Shown here piece after piece: positions 1 through 10,015 of a DNA stretch of 64,000 nt. Source of the stretch: an uncultured archaeon (lineage in GTDB: Archaea > Iainarchaeota > Iainarchaeia > Iainarchaeales > GCA-2688035); contig CAYHBD010000009.1 in the NCBI GenBank assembly GCA_964354805.1, positions 64,001 through 128,000 on the forward strand, in the 5' to 3' direction. The number at the start of each line of letters is the position of its first letter. Within the stretch, counting starts at the first letter, position 1. Position numbers and translations under genes: made by a program. A model generated the notes under the pieces. It searched no databases. It was not told where the DNA came from and was given only the letters and a program-made list of their open reading frames with translations.

Positions 1-398
1 CTAAAAAATTTACTTACAGGGGATTTGACTTGGAGCAACTCCAGCAGATGACAGTGCAGGAGTTCGCAAAAATCTGCAACAGCAGGCAGAGGCGCTCGCT
101 CTTAAGGGGCTTTGACCGCCACCTGCTTAAAAAAATGGAGAAGGCAAGGGAAGCAATCAAGGCTGAAAAAAAGCAGCCTGTTGTTAGAACGCATTTGAGG
201 GATGCAATAATAATTCCGCAAATGGTCGGATTGCTTTTCGGAATACACAAAGGCAGCGTATTCGAGGTTGTTGAAATTCAGCCCGAAATGCTTGGGCATT
301 ACCTTGGGGAAATGGCACTGACAAGAAAGAAGATTACGCACGGAAAAGCGGGAATCGGCGCAACAAGAAGCAGCACAGCAATAACAGCAAGGAAGTGA
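1..398 (+). CDS. rps19: 30S ribosomal protein uS19 (5' truncated by window edge)
   Basis: Frame from nt 3 reads KKFTYRGFDLEQL...RTHLRDAIIIPQMVG...EMLGHYLGE...GIGATRSS; start lies before nt 1. Confidence 0.96.
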   Translation, partial: KKFTYRGFDLEQLQQMTVQEFAKICNSRQRRSLLRGFDRHLLKKMEKAREAIKAEKKQPVVRTHLRDAIIIPQMVGLLFGIHKGSVFEVVEIQPEMLGHYLGEMALTRKKITHGKAGIGATRSSTAITARK

Positions 399-478
399 AG
401 AAAAGAAAAAATTGGGATTCACAGAGGGCAAAGAAAAAGGGGACAGCAAGGAAGTGAAATAATTCAGGGAATTTTTTT

Positions 479-949
479 ATGGCGAAGAAAAATTACCAAA
501 TGCAGTTCAGCGACGAGAAAAAGATAGCGAAAGCAATCGCGGCAAACCAGCGAATTTCGACCAAATACGCTACGGAGATGTGCAGGGAAATAAAGGGAAA
601 GCCGCTGGCGAAAGCTGTTGCAATGATCCAGAGGATAATGGAAAAGAAACAATACCTGCCGCTGCGAAAATACAACAAGGAAGTCGCCCACAGAAAAGGC
701 GCTGCACTGAGCGGAACAAAAAGCGGAAGGTTCCCGGAAAGATGCTGCAAGGTTTTTCTCAAAGTATTGGACAGCGTGAAGGCAAACGCTGACTTCAAGG
801 GCCTTGATGCAGAAAACCTGCTGATAGTGCACTGCTTTGCATCATATGGATTCAGGAGAAGGAGCATGCAGTCGAAAGGCAGAATCTCAGGAAAAACGAG
901 GAAAAGCAAAAGCACCCACCTGGAAATAATCGTAAGAGAGGCGAAATAA
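479..949 (+). CDS. rpl22: 50S ribosomal protein uL22
   Basis: ISTKYATEMCREIKG, GRFPE, ANADFKGLD, STHLEII; synteny. Confidence 0.96.
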   Translation: MAKKNYQMQFSDEKKIAKAIAANQRISTKYATEMCREIKGKPLAKAVAMIQRIMEKKQYLPLRKYNKEVAHRKGAALSGTKSGRFPERCCKVFLKVLDSVKANADFKGLDAENLLIVHCFASYGFRRRSMQSKGRISGKTRKSKSTHLEIIVREAK

Positions 950-965
950 ACATTGGTGAAAATAG

Positions 966-1946
966 ATGATTGAGAGAACATTCATTGAGCAGGGAATGAA
1001 GAAGATTGAGTTGCACAATTTCCTGAAGCAGCAGCTGGACAGGGCTGGCTTTACCGGCCTGGACATTGTGAAAACCCCCCTTGTTACAAGGATTGTTCTG
1101 CATGTTGCAAGGCCAGGCCTTGCGATTGGAAAAGGAGGCCAGAACATCAAGCAGTTGACCGAAGACATTGGGGCAAAATTCGGAATAGAGAACCCGCAGA
1201 TTGAAATACAGGACATCAAGCACCCGGAACTGGATGCAAAGGCAACGGTTGACAGGATGGTTGGATTGCTGCAAAGGGGCTACAGCTGGCGCTCGGTTTC
1301 ATTCAATGTTGTCAGAACAGTAATGGGCAGCGGGGCGCAGGGCATTGAATTGATTTTAAGCGGAAAACTGAGCGGAAAAGGCGGAAGAAAAAGAAGAACG
1401 AGGATAGCGCAGGGATATATGAAGAAAGTCGGGGACCAGGTTAAATTGGTTGATTACGCAAAGGCAAACGCTTACCCGAAAGCTGGAGCAATCGGAATAA
1501 AGCTGAGGATAATCCACCCTGAAACAGTATTCCCTGACAAGATTAACATAAAGGAATTGCTTGAAAAAAGGGAAGCGGCTGCAGCACAGGAAAAAGAGGC
1601 AGCGGTTGCAGCGGAAAAAGCCGCAAAAGAAAAGGAAGAGCAAAAAGCAAAAGAAGCTGAAAAAGAAAAAACTGAAAAAGCAGAAGAAGCTGAAAAAGCC
1701 GAGAAAAAGGAAGCTGAAAAGGAAAAGGCTGAGAAAAAGGGCAGGGAAAAGAAAGAGCAAGGGGAAAAGAAAAAAGAAAAAGCTGGCAAAGAAGAGAAAG
1801 CAGCAGGGCGAAAGGCAGAGAAAAAAGAAGAAAAGGAAAAAGAAGCTGAAAAGGCAGGCAAGGAAAAAATTGAAAACGAAGAGCGCAATGAAAAACACGC
1901 TGAGAAAAAGGAAGAAGAAGAGGCTGAAAAGGTGAGCGCTGAATGA
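966..1946 (+). CDS. rps3: 30S ribosomal protein uS3 with ~120-aa K/E/A-rich C-terminal tail
   Basis: KH motif RPGLAIGKGG, GAQGIELILSGKL, GAIGIKLRI. Confidence 0.96.
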   Translation: MIERTFIEQGMKKIELHNFLKQQLDRAGFTGLDIVKTPLVTRIVLHVARPGLAIGKGGQNIKQLTEDIGAKFGIENPQIEIQDIKHPELDAKATVDRMVGLLQRGYSWRSVSFNVVRTVMGSGAQGIELILSGKLSGKGGRKRRTRIAQGYMKKVGDQVKLVDYAKANAYPKAGAIGIKLRIIHPETVFPDKINIKELLEKREAAAAQEKEAAVAAEKAAKEKEEQKAKEAEKEKTEKAEEAEKAEKKEAEKEKAEKKGREKKEQGEKKKEKAGKEEKAAGRKAEKKEEKEKEAEKAGKEKIENEERNEKHAEKKEEEEAEKVSAE

Positions 1947-2332
1947 AGCTGGGCGAAATGCGTTCAATGGCTTTGAGTGATGCAATTGAACAGTTAGCGC
2001 AGCTGAGAGCTGAATTGGCAAAGGAAAGGGCGGTTGTCGCGGGCGGGACAAGGCCAGAGAACCCTGGCAAAATAAGGCAGCTGAGGAAAACAATTGCAAG
2101 AATACTTACCATAATGAGGGAAAGGGAATTGAAAGGCGAAAAAATGCCGGCAGGCACAGCAGCCAAAGGGACAGCTGCAGCAGATGCAAAACAGCAGCCT
2201 GCTGCCACAGAGCGCAAGGGCTTGCTGCACAGGGTCATCAAGAGAAAAACATCAGAGAAACATGAGAATAAAAAGAGCGTTAAAGCAGTTAAAGAAAAGA
2301 AAAAAGAAACCAAAGGAAAAAGCAGGAGGTGA
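1943..2332 (+). CDS. rpl29: 50S ribosomal protein uL29 with basic C-terminal extension
   Basis: ENPGKIRQLRKTIARILTI; synteny. Confidence 0.93.
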   Translation: MKLGEMRSMALSDAIEQLAQLRAELAKERAVVAGGTRPENPGKIRQLRKTIARILTIMRERELKGEKMPAGTAAKGTAAADAKQQPAATERKGLLHRVIKRKTSEKHENKKSVKAVKEKKKETKGKSRR

Positions 2333-2342
2333 ATCAAAAAAG

Positions 2343-2645
2343 ATGGAAGAAATCTGCCAGAAATGCGGTTTGCCAAAGAGTTTGTGTGTTTGCCAGCAGA
2401 TTGCAAAGGAGCAACAGAAGATTAAGATCAGGGTTGACAACAGGCGGTTTGGAAAAGTGGTTACAATCGTAAGCGGCTTGAGCGAGGGCGTTGACGCAGC
2501 CGAATTGGCAAAGGCCCTGAAAAGGCGCCTTGCCTGCGGCGGAACACTGAAGAACAATGAAATAATTCTGCAGGGAAGCCACAAGGAAAAAGCGAAACAA
2601 ATTCTGCTGACACAGGGGTTTAAACAAGAGTTAATTGATGCTTAA
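2343..2645 (+). CDS. sui1: Translation initiation factor aIF1 (SUI1)
   Basis: CQKCGLPKSLCVC, RRFGKVVTIVSG, LACGGT, LQGSH; SD GGAGGTGA before ATG 2343. Confidence 0.95.
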   Translation: MEEICQKCGLPKSLCVCQQIAKEQQKIKIRVDNRRFGKVVTIVSGLSEGVDAAELAKALKRRLACGGTLKNNEIILQGSHKEKAKQILLTQGFKQELIDA

Positions 2646-2694
2646 GGAAAAAAAGAATGTGCAGAAACCGTTGGGAAAAAAAACGTGATTGGCA

Positions 2695-2982
2695 ATGCTT
2701 AAGGAAAAAAATTATTGCATAACAAAGCAGAACGCGGCAGCCCATGAATTGATCGGGCTGCATGCCGTTGTCAGTGAAAGCACTGACAAAAGCAGGGAAG
2801 GCATGCAAGGGAAAATAGTTGATGAAACAAAAAATTTGTTCATAATTGAAACGCAAAAAGGCGAAAAAAAACTGCCAAAAAGGGAAGTGAAACTGACAGT
2901 AACAATCGGAAAAGAAAATGTTTTGCTGGACTGCAGCAAACTGCAGAAAAGGCCGGAAGACAGGGTAAAATACTGGAGCTGA
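2695..2982 (+). CDS. rnp1: RNase P protein component 1 (Rpp29/POP4)
   Basis: HELIGL, GKIVDETKN, KRPEDR; synteny. Confidence 0.93.
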   Translation: MLKEKNYCITKQNAAAHELIGLHAVVSESTDKSREGMQGKIVDETKNLFIIETQKGEKKLPKREVKLTVTIGKENVLLDCSKLQKRPEDRVKYWS

Positions 2983-3102
2983 AAAAAATAAAAGCAGGGG
3001 AAATAAGCGAAGAAAAAGAAAAAAATGAAAAAATTGCGGAAATTAAAAAAAAAGGAAAAATGAAATTAAATGATGTGGAGAGAAAAAATAAAAAATTAAA
3101 AA

Positions 3103-3140
3103 AAGCCTTTTTTCCTCACGGAAAAAAGCCTTGGGAAAAA
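3103..3140 (+). repeat. REP-like hairpin element, copy 1
   Basis: AAGCC-TTTTTTCC-tcac-GGAAAAAA-GCCTT-GGGAAA; same architecture at 18688, 31716, 60014, 60695(-), 21029(-). Confidence 0.75.
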
Positions 3141-3157
3141 GAAAAAGAAGTGGTTTT

Positions 3158-3577
3158 ATGAAAGAAGGAAAGCAATCGGTTGAATGCAATGACAAGAGGT
3201 GCCCGGTGCATGGCAGCATCAGCGTAAGGGGCACTGTTTTCACAGGCGCTGTCGTCAGCGCAAAGCCGGATAAAACTGTCGTGGTCAAGAGGGCAATAGT
3301 GCAGTATGTCCCGAAATTCGAGAGATACAAGAAGACAAAAAGCAAAATCTATGCGCACAACCCTGCCTGCATTAACGCAAAAGAGAACGACATTGTCAAA
3401 GTCGGCGAAACAAGGCGGCTGAGCAAAACAAAGAGCTTTGTAGTGATGGAAATAATCGGGAAAAAGAAGGTAGTGGAAGCCGAAGAGGCGCGAATTGAAA
3501 GGAAAAGAAAAGACGAACAGGAAGCAGAGCGGAAAGAAGGAAAAGAGGAAGCCGGCGAAGAAGAGGGCAAAGAATAA
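3158..3577 (+). CDS. rps17: 30S ribosomal protein uS17
   Basis: CNDKRCPVHGSISVRG, YVPKFERY, AHNP, GETRRLSKTKSFVV. Confidence 0.96.
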   Translation: MKEGKQSVECNDKRCPVHGSISVRGTVFTGAVVSAKPDKTVVVKRAIVQYVPKFERYKKTKSKIYAHNPACINAKENDIVKVGETRRLSKTKSFVVMEIIGKKKVVEAEEARIERKRKDEQEAERKEGKEEAGEEEGKE

Positions 3578-3623
3578 AGCGAGGGAAAAAAAGAGCAAAA
3601 AATTTTTGAGAGGCGGATAAGCT

Positions 3624-4022
3624 ATGAGGGCAATCAGTGCAACAATAACAAGGGGTCTGACGAAGAAAAGCAGGTGCTTTTGCGCAGACAACAGTGGGGC
3701 AAAGGAAGTTGAAATAATCAGCGTTTTCTGCCACAAGGGAAGCAAGAGAATGACACCAAAGGCAGGAATAGCCGACATGGTGAATGTTGTTGTGAAAAAA
3801 GGAAAGCCGGAGATAAGGAAAAAGGTTGAAAGGGCAGTTGTTATAAGAGTGAAAAAAGAATTCAGGAGGCCGGATGGCTCAAGAGTTAAATTTGATGACA
3901 ACGCTGTTGTTTTGGTTGATGAAAAAGGATTGCCGAAAGCAAGTGAAATAAAAGGCGTTGTTGCAAAAGAGGTTGGAGAGCGCTGGCCCAAGATTGCGGG
4001 AATCGCGGCAGCAATAATTTAG
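3624..4022 (+). CDS. rpl14: 50S ribosomal protein uL14
   Basis: CADNSGAK, RRPDG, FDDNAVV, IKGVVAKEV. Confidence 0.97.
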   Translation: MRAISATITRGLTKKSRCFCADNSGAKEVEIISVFCHKGSKRMTPKAGIADMVNVVVKKGKPEIRKKVERAVVIRVKKEFRRPDGSRVKFDDNAVVLVDEKGLPKASEIKGVVAKEVGERWPKIAGIAAAII

Positions 4023-4033
4023 GGGAATGTGTT

Positions 4034-4498
4034 ATGGCAATTGAATCAAGCAAACCAAAAAAGCAGAGGCTTTACCTTTACTCAAAGCCGCTGCACAAAA
4101 GGCAAAAGGACCTTTCAGGGCACCTGGGCAAAAAACTGAGGCAGGCGCTCGGCAGAAGGTCACTGCAGCTGCGGAAGGGAGACACAGTAAGGGTAATGAA
4201 AGGCGCAAAGCGGAAAAGCGAGGGCAAGATAATGAGCGTTGACTACAAAAAGAGCACAGTGTGCATTGAAAAGCTCACGAGAAAAAAAACAGACGGGACA
4301 GAGATACCACTGCAATTCAGGGCATGCAACCTGCTTGTAACTGATGTTGACAGGAGCGATTCAAGGAGATTTAAAAAACAGCCAAAGGGCGAAAAAGAGG
4401 GAGAGAAACACAAGGCAAAAACAGAAACAGGAAAAGCTGTTGCAGGCGTGAAAGCAAAAGAGAAGGAAGCAGCAAAAGGGGAAGCTGCAAAAAAATAG
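4034..4498 (+). CDS. rpl24: 50S ribosomal protein uL24
   Basis: SSKPKKQR, KOW motif RKGDTVRVMKG. Confidence 0.95.
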   Translation: MAIESSKPKKQRLYLYSKPLHKRQKDLSGHLGKKLRQALGRRSLQLRKGDTVRVMKGAKRKSEGKIMSVDYKKSTVCIEKLTRKKTDGTEIPLQFRACNLLVTDVDRSDSRRFKKQPKGEKEGEKHKAKTETGKAVAGVKAKEKEAAKGEAAKK

Positions 4499-4566
4499 TT
4501 GAAGATGAGTGAAAAGGAAGAGGCTAAAAAAAAGCAGGGAGACAAATAAATAGTTGGTGATTTGTT

Positions 4567-5289
4567 ATGGCGAGAAAGGGCGGGAAAAAAAGCAATAAGA
4601 GGCTTGCTGCAAGCAAGGTAATGCAATTGCTGAGAAAAGAGTTCACCTGGACGATCAGGGCAAACAGCGGCCCGCACAGCGGGCAAAAGAGCATGCCGAT
4701 TGGCTTTGTTTTAAGGGATTTGCTGCATCTAGCCGCTAACCTGAAAGAAGTGAAATTCATCCTGAACAAGGGCCTTGTTTCTGTTGACGGCAGAACTGTT
4801 CGAGACTACAGATTTCCGGTAGGGTTGTTTGATTTGATTTCAACCAGCGCTGAAAACAAAACCCACAGGGTTTTGTTTGACAGGAAGGGAAGGCTGGCGC
4901 TTAAAGAGGAAAAAACAAACGTCAGGCAAAAACTGTGCAAGGTCATGGCAAAGGGCGTTGCGAAGAAAGGTTTGATTCAGCTGCATTCAAACGACGGCAG
5001 GACATTCAGCGTTAAAAAAAGCGATGCAAATATCGGCGACAGCCTGCTTGTCAGGGTTCCGGAGCAGAGCATTGAACAGCAGTTCAGGCTCGCTGCAGGA
5101 AACACAGTTCTTCTGACAGGCGGAACAAACGTGGGCATGGTTGCCTCAATCAAGAAAATAACCGAGGCAACAATGCAGAGGCAGAAGCTGATTGCGCTGT
5201 CAAGCGAGGGCAAAGATTTCCAGACAACGGAAAGCAATGTTTTTGTTGTAGGAGAAAAGAAGCCTGCAATAGAGGTAAAAGTTCAATAG
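4567..5289 (+). CDS. rps4e: 30S ribosomal protein eS4
   Basis: SGPH, VLRDLL, VDGRTVRDYRFPVGLFD, NVFVVG. Confidence 0.96.
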   Translation: MARKGGKKSNKRLAASKVMQLLRKEFTWTIRANSGPHSGQKSMPIGFVLRDLLHLAANLKEVKFILNKGLVSVDGRTVRDYRFPVGLFDLISTSAENKTHRVLFDRKGRLALKEEKTNVRQKLCKVMAKGVAKKGLIQLHSNDGRTFSVKKSDANIGDSLLVRVPEQSIEQQFRLAAGNTVLLTGGTNVGMVASIKKITEATMQRQKLIALSSEGKDFQTTESNVFVVGEKKPAIEVKVQ

Positions 5290-5458
5290 GCAATGGAGCG
5301 AACGGAAGCAGAAATTGAATGAACGGGAAAAAGAAATTAGGGGGCAGGCGAAGAAAAGGAAGCATGATTGCACAGAAAGCAAATAAATGAAAAAAACAAA
5401 GAGCGGGTGAAGAAAAGGCATTTAATGCGGCAACATATAAAAAAAAAACGGAAAGTGA

Positions 5459-5980
5459 ATGGAAATGGATCAAGGCAATAAAATGCAGGAAATCGGCATT
5501 GAAAAAGTTACAGTAAACATGGGTGTCGGCGCTAACGCTGATGAAATGCACTCAGCCCAGAAAATAATTGAGAAAATCACAGGAAAGAAGGCGATTCAGA
5601 CAAAGTGCAGGGTAAAGCTGCCTAAGTGGAACATTAGGCCAGGACTGCCAATCGGCCTGAAGGTTACTTTGCGGTACAACGACGCTGCTGCCTTTTTGCT
5701 GAGAGCACTCAGCGCAAAGGACAACAAGCTGAGCAGCAGAAACTTTGACAACAACGGAAACTTCGGCTTCGGAATAAAGGAGTACATTGACCTGCCTGAT
5801 GTGAGATATGATCCATCTTTGGGCGTAAGGGGCTTTGATGTCCTAGTGACATTGCACAGGCCAGGCTACAGGGTTAAGAGAAGAAAGAGAAAGCCAGCAA
5901 AGATCGGAAAAAACCACGTGATTAAAAAACAGGAAGCGATTGCGTTTGTACAAAAAAAATTTGGAGTTGTTGTTGAATGA
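5459..5980 (+). CDS. rpl5: 50S ribosomal protein uL5
   Basis: [38 protein letters not shown]. Confidence 0.97.
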   Translation: MEMDQGNKMQEIGIEKVTVNMGVGANADEMHSAQKIIEKITGKKAIQTKCRVKLPKWNIRPGLPIGLKVTLRYNDAAAFLLRALSAKDNKLSSRNFDNNGNFGFGIKEYIDLPDVRYDPSLGVRGFDVLVTLHRPGYRVKRRKRKPAKIGKNHVIKKQEAIAFVQKKFGVVVE

Positions 5981-6132
5981 AAGAAAAGCGGGACATTAGG
6001 GAAGAGAAAAGGCACAGGAACTGCAGAATATGCAAGGGCAGGGCAGGCTTAATCAGAAAGTACGGATTGCACATCTGCAGGAGATGCTTCAAGGACGTTG
6101 CCGAAAGAATAGGATTCAAAAAATTCGATTGA
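5977..6132 (+). CDS. rps14: 30S ribosomal protein uS14, Zn-finger type (51 aa; absent from ORF track)
   Basis: Manual translation [51 protein letters not shown]. Confidence 0.95.
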   Translation: MKEKRDIREEKRHRNCRICKGRAGLIRKYGLHICRRCFKDVAERIGFKKFD

Positions 6133-6159
6133 GTGTGAAGGATAAGAAAGGTGGTTGTT

Positions 6160-6549
6160 ATGAGATTTGACCCTGTTGTTGACGCATTGGTTGCAATTAA
6201 AAACAGCGACAGCGCTGCAAAAAGGGAATGCATTGTCAGGCCCGCAAGCAAGCTGCTTGGCGCCGTGCTCAGGGTGATGCAGCAGAACGGATACATCAGC
6301 AACTTTGAGTTCATTGACGACGGAAGAGACGGCACTTTCAAGGTGCAGTTGCTTGGAAAAATAAACAACAGCAAGGCAATAAAGCCGCGCTATGCAGTCA
6401 AAAAAGATGAGTTTGAGAAATTCGAGAAACGCTTCCTGCCGGCAAGAGACATCGGAATTTTGATTGTCTCAACGCCGAAAGGGGTTTTGACCCACAGGGA
6501 AGCCAAAGAAAATGGAACCGGGGGCAGATTGCTTGCATTCATTTATTGA
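6160..6549 (+). CDS. rps8: 30S ribosomal protein uS8
   Basis: [38 protein letters not shown]. Confidence 0.97.
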   Translation: MRFDPVVDALVAIKNSDSAAKRECIVRPASKLLGAVLRVMQQNGYISNFEFIDDGRDGTFKVQLLGKINNSKAIKPRYAVKKDEFEKFEKRFLPARDIGILIVSTPKGVLTHREAKENGTGGRLLAFIY

Positions 6550-6567
6550 ATTAAAAAAGTGGTTGAC

Positions 6568-7107
6568 ATGAGCGATAAAACAATCCAGAGAACAATTCAA
6601 TTGCCCGAGGGCTTTAATGCAAAGCTCAGCCAAAACAGCGTGGCAATCAAGTCGCCAAAAGGCGAAATGAGCAAAAACCTCAGCCCAAGAGGCATTTCAA
6701 TGCAATTGCAGGGCAACAGCATTGTGCTGCAGGGCAGCAGCCCGGGAAAGCGCACAAACGCTTTGCTGAACACGATTGCAACGCACATTCAAAACATGGT
6801 TAACGGGCTGCAGCAGCCATACCAGTACAGGCTGGTTGTTGTCTACAGCCACTTTCCAATGAATATTGCTGTAAAAGGAAACAGGGTTGAAATAAACAAT
6901 TTCACCGGAGAAAAGCACCCGAGGTATGCGGACATTCTGCCAAACGTGAGCGTTGAAATAAAAGGAAAAGAGATTTTTGTGAAAAGCCCGGACAGGGATG
7001 CAGCAGGGCAAACAGCCGCAAATCTTGAGAACGCGACAAAAGTCAGGGGCGGCAAAGACAGGAGAGTTTACCAGGACGGAATATTCATTGCGGAAAAACC
7101 GAAATAA
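6568..7107 (+). CDS. rpl6: 50S ribosomal protein uL6
   Basis: YSHFPM, NFTGEKHPR, GQTAANLE, DRRVYQDGIFI. Confidence 0.97.
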   Translation: MSDKTIQRTIQLPEGFNAKLSQNSVAIKSPKGEMSKNLSPRGISMQLQGNSIVLQGSSPGKRTNALLNTIATHIQNMVNGLQQPYQYRLVVVYSHFPMNIAVKGNRVEINNFTGEKHPRYADILPNVSVEIKGKEIFVKSPDRDAAGQTAANLENATKVRGGKDRRVYQDGIFIAEKPK

Positions 7108-7172
7108 GTTAGCTGGCAAAAGGAAAAGGGAAAAAAGCTGAAGAAAAAAAAAGTTTTAATGGTGAATAAAAA

Positions 7173-7868
7173 ATGGCTGAAAAGAAAATTGCGGGCAAGG
7201 AAAAGGAAGAGAAAGAGACTGCAAAGGCAAAAGAAAAAACTGCAGCCAAGGGAATTGAAGAGAAAAAAGCAGAGAAGGGAAAAGAAAAAATTGCCGGAAA
7301 GGGAATTGAAGAGAAAGAAATAGGAGAGAGAAAAGAGAAGGCGCCTGAAGAAAAGGAAGCCGCAAAAGGAAAGGAGAGGGCAGTGGGAGAAAAGAAAGCA
7401 GGGAAAGATGAAAAGGCAGCTGGGAAAGGGGAGCCAAAGAAAAAGAGAAAAATTCTTGAAAGGGTTGAATTGAAAAAAGTGTCAAAAGGAAAGCAGGTGA
7501 AGCGCTTGAGGGCGCTTGTCAAGCTGAAAAAGCGCAGGATGTTCAGGGGAAGGTTCGGCAACAGAAGCGTGAGGCGAGTCAGCAAGGAAAAATGGCAGAG
7601 ATGGCGAATGCCAAGAGGCATGGACATTCATCACAGGAGAGAGGACGGCCTGTTTCCAAAAACAGGTTACAGGACGCCTGCTTTGATCAGGGGAGTGCAT
7701 CCAAGCGGCTTCAGGCAGCAGATTGTGAGGAATGTTGCTGAAATTGAAGCTGTTGCATCAAAAAAGGACAGCGTTGCTGCAATGATTTCAGGCACTGTTG
7801 GAAGAAAGAAAAGGGTTGCAATTCTGCGAAAAGCAAACGAGCTTGGAGTGTTTGTTTTAAACAGGTGA
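7173..7868 (+). CDS. rpl32e: 50S ribosomal protein eL32 with ~90-aa K/E-rich N-terminal extension
   Basis: WRMPRGMD, GYRTP, RGVHPSG, VGRKKR. Confidence 0.93.
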   Translation: MAEKKIAGKEKEEKETAKAKEKTAAKGIEEKKAEKGKEKIAGKGIEEKEIGERKEKAPEEKEAAKGKERAVGEKKAGKDEKAAGKGEPKKKRKILERVELKKVSKGKQVKRLRALVKLKKRRMFRGRFGNRSVRRVSKEKWQRWRMPRGMDIHHRREDGLFPKTGYRTPALIRGVHPSGFRQQIVRNVAEIEAVASKKDSVAAMISGTVGRKKRVAILRKANELGVFVLNR

Positions 7869-8061
7869 ATGGAAAAAAAAGGTGTGTAAAAAAAAAGCAA
7901 AACGAAAAAGAGGGCAGCAAAAGAAAAAAAATTGTTTTAACTGGTGTGATGAAAAAGGCGAATATGTAAAAAAAAAAAGCAAAACGAAAAATTGTTTTAA
8001 ATGGGTGAATGAAAAAAAGAGGGCTGTAAAAGAAAAAATTGTTTTTGATTGGTGAAGCAAA

Positions 8062-8508
8062 ATGAAATCCGACAAGGTTAAAGCAATGGCTGCCGGGATT
8101 CTTAAAGTCGGCAAGGGCGATGTTTGGTTTGACAGCAAGCAGATGGATAAGATTCAGACAGTCATGACAAAGGACGATGTAAGGGGTCTGATAAAGGATG
8201 GCTTGATTAGAAAGAGAAAAGAGAACAGGAAGAGCATGGGCAGGGCAAGGCTGCTGAACGCCAAGAGGAAGAAGGGAAGAAAAAGAGGCTTCGGAAAGAG
8301 AAAGGGCACACTGAAAGCAAGGCAGCACGGCAAGCAGCAGTGGATCAAAAATGTCAGGGCCCAGAGGGAAATGCTGAAAGAACTGCAGCAAAAGAATCCT
8401 GCTGCTGTTAAAAAAATCGGTTACAGGAAATTGTACAAAAGGGTTAAAGGCGGGTTTTTTAAGGGAAAAAATTATTTGAAAGCCGCTGTTGAGGGCAAGA
8501 AAAGGTGA
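8062..8508 (+). CDS. rpl19e: 50S ribosomal protein eL19
   Basis: VGKGDVWFD, TKDDVRGLI, GKRKGT, YKRVKGGFF. Confidence 0.96.
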   Translation: MKSDKVKAMAAGILKVGKGDVWFDSKQMDKIQTVMTKDDVRGLIKDGLIRKRKENRKSMGRARLLNAKRKKGRKRGFGKRKGTLKARQHGKQQWIKNVRAQREMLKELQQKNPAAVKKIGYRKLYKRVKGGFFKGKNYLKAAVEGKKR

Positions 8509-8629
8509 ATGGAAATAACTGAAAAGGGAAAGGAGAAAAGGACTTGGAAAAAAGGGGCAGATGAAAAAAAATATTTAAAATGAACGGAAACAAAAAAGGC
8601 GAAATGAGAAAATTAAAGGTGACTGGAAA

Positions 8630-9226
8630 ATGGCACACACGAGCACTTTCAAGGTAAGGTTCAAGCGAAGGCGCGAAGGGAAAACGAATTACGCGAAAAG
8701 GCTGGCTTTGCTCAGCAGCAACCTGCCGAGATTGGTTGCGAGGAAAACGAACCGATATATTATTGCACAATTAATTGAATTCAGCCCATCAGGCGACAGA
8801 ACAATGGTTCATGTCAGCAGCGGGCAATTGGAAAAATTCGGCTGGAACGCCAGCAAAAAGAATCTGCCGGCAGCGTATCTGACAGGGCTGATTGCCGGCT
8901 TGAGGGCAAAGCAGCAGAAAGCGGACAAAGCAATTTTGGACATTGGATTCAGCACCCCAATTCACGGCAGCTTTTGGTCTGCTGTCTTAAAGGGAGCGAT
9001 TGACGGAGGGCTGCAGATTAAGGCAGGCGAAACAGCCTTGCCAAAGCCAGAAAGAATTGAAGGAAAACACATCGAGCAATTCGCGGCAAAACTGGATGAA
9101 AAGCGCTGCAGCGAAATTTTCAGCGGCTACGCCAAAGAAAAGGTCGATGTAAAGCAATTGAGCAAATTATTCAATGCAGCAAAGGAAAAAATATTAGCGG
9201 CAAAAGGCGGTGAAAATCAGAAATGA
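8630..9226 (+). CDS. rpl18: 50S ribosomal protein uL18
   Basis: RRREGKTNYAKRL, NLPAAYLTG, KGAIDGGL. Confidence 0.97.
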   Translation: MAHTSTFKVRFKRRREGKTNYAKRLALLSSNLPRLVARKTNRYIIAQLIEFSPSGDRTMVHVSSGQLEKFGWNASKKNLPAAYLTGLIAGLRAKQQKADKAILDIGFSTPIHGSFWSAVLKGAIDGGLQIKAGETALPKPERIEGKHIEQFAAKLDEKRCSEIFSGYAKEKVDVKQLSKLFNAAKEKILAAKGGENQK

Positions 9227-9942
9227 AGATAAGACAATTCGGCGAAAGGAGAGGAGCAGCAGGGCGTGCAAGAGATGGCGGAGAAACGCAGATGCTTAGC
9301 GAAAAAGAGAAACAGCTGGCAAAATGGGCGCCGAAAACAGCGCTTGGCAGAAAGGTTTTAGCCGGAGAAATAACAGACATTAACCAGATTTTTGAAAAAA
9401 ACATGGCAATAATGGAGCCGGAGATTGTTGACAAGCTGCTGCAGTTGGAGGAAAAAATCGTTGACATTCAGAAAACAACCAGGGTTATTGCAGCCGGAAG
9501 GCAGTTCAGCTTCAGGGTTGCTGTCATAGTTGGAAACAAGAACGGCTTTGTTGCTATTGGAACAGCAAAAGACGCAGAGAAATGGCCAGCCATAAGAAAA
9601 GCAACAAGGAACGCCAAATTGAATCTTGTAAAAGTGAGAAGAGGCTGCGGCAGCTGGCAGTGCGCCTGCGGTTCAACCCACAGCGTCCCATTCAAGGTAA
9701 CCGGAAAGAACGCAAGCGTCAGGGTGACTTTCCTGCCTGCACCGAAAGGCATTGGCCTGGTTACCGGAAAAAACATTAGGGATGTTTTAGTCTTCGCAGG
9801 AATAAGCGATGTCTGGACACAAGTGAAAGGCTCAACAGACACAAAGCTGAATTTCGTTCAGGCGGCAATTGACGCTTTAAGCCAGACAACAAAAATGCGA
9901 TTGAGCAACGACATCAGCAAAAAAGCAGAGTCGGACAGGTGA
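9223..9942 (+). CDS. rps5: 30S ribosomal protein uS5
   Basis: WAPKTALG, RRGCGSWQC, HSVPFKVTG, PAPKGIGL. Confidence 0.97.
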   Translation: MKIRQFGERRGAAGRARDGGETQMLSEKEKQLAKWAPKTALGRKVLAGEITDINQIFEKNMAIMEPEIVDKLLQLEEKIVDIQKTTRVIAAGRQFSFRVAVIVGNKNGFVAIGTAKDAEKWPAIRKATRNAKLNLVKVRRGCGSWQCACGSTHSVPFKVTGKNASVRVTFLPAPKGIGLVTGKNIRDVLVFAGISDVWTQVKGSTDTKLNFVQAAIDALSQTTKMRLSNDISKKAESDR

Positions 9943-10015
9943 AAAGGGAAAGGAGCAGCTTGGGGAAAAAGAAAGCAAAAAAAATGAACGAAAAAAAATT
10001 TTAAAGGTGAATTGA

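Noticed and set aside
1356-2406. Long F/S/L-rich minus-strand ORFs here and opposite other ribosomal genes
   Set aside because: Shadow frames of A/G-rich coding sequence with no independent motifs.
7869-8061. Possible CRISPR array in repetitive spacers (also 25773-25930, 30908-31040)
   Set aside because: Repeats are degenerate and irregularly spaced, with no unique spacers and no cas genes.
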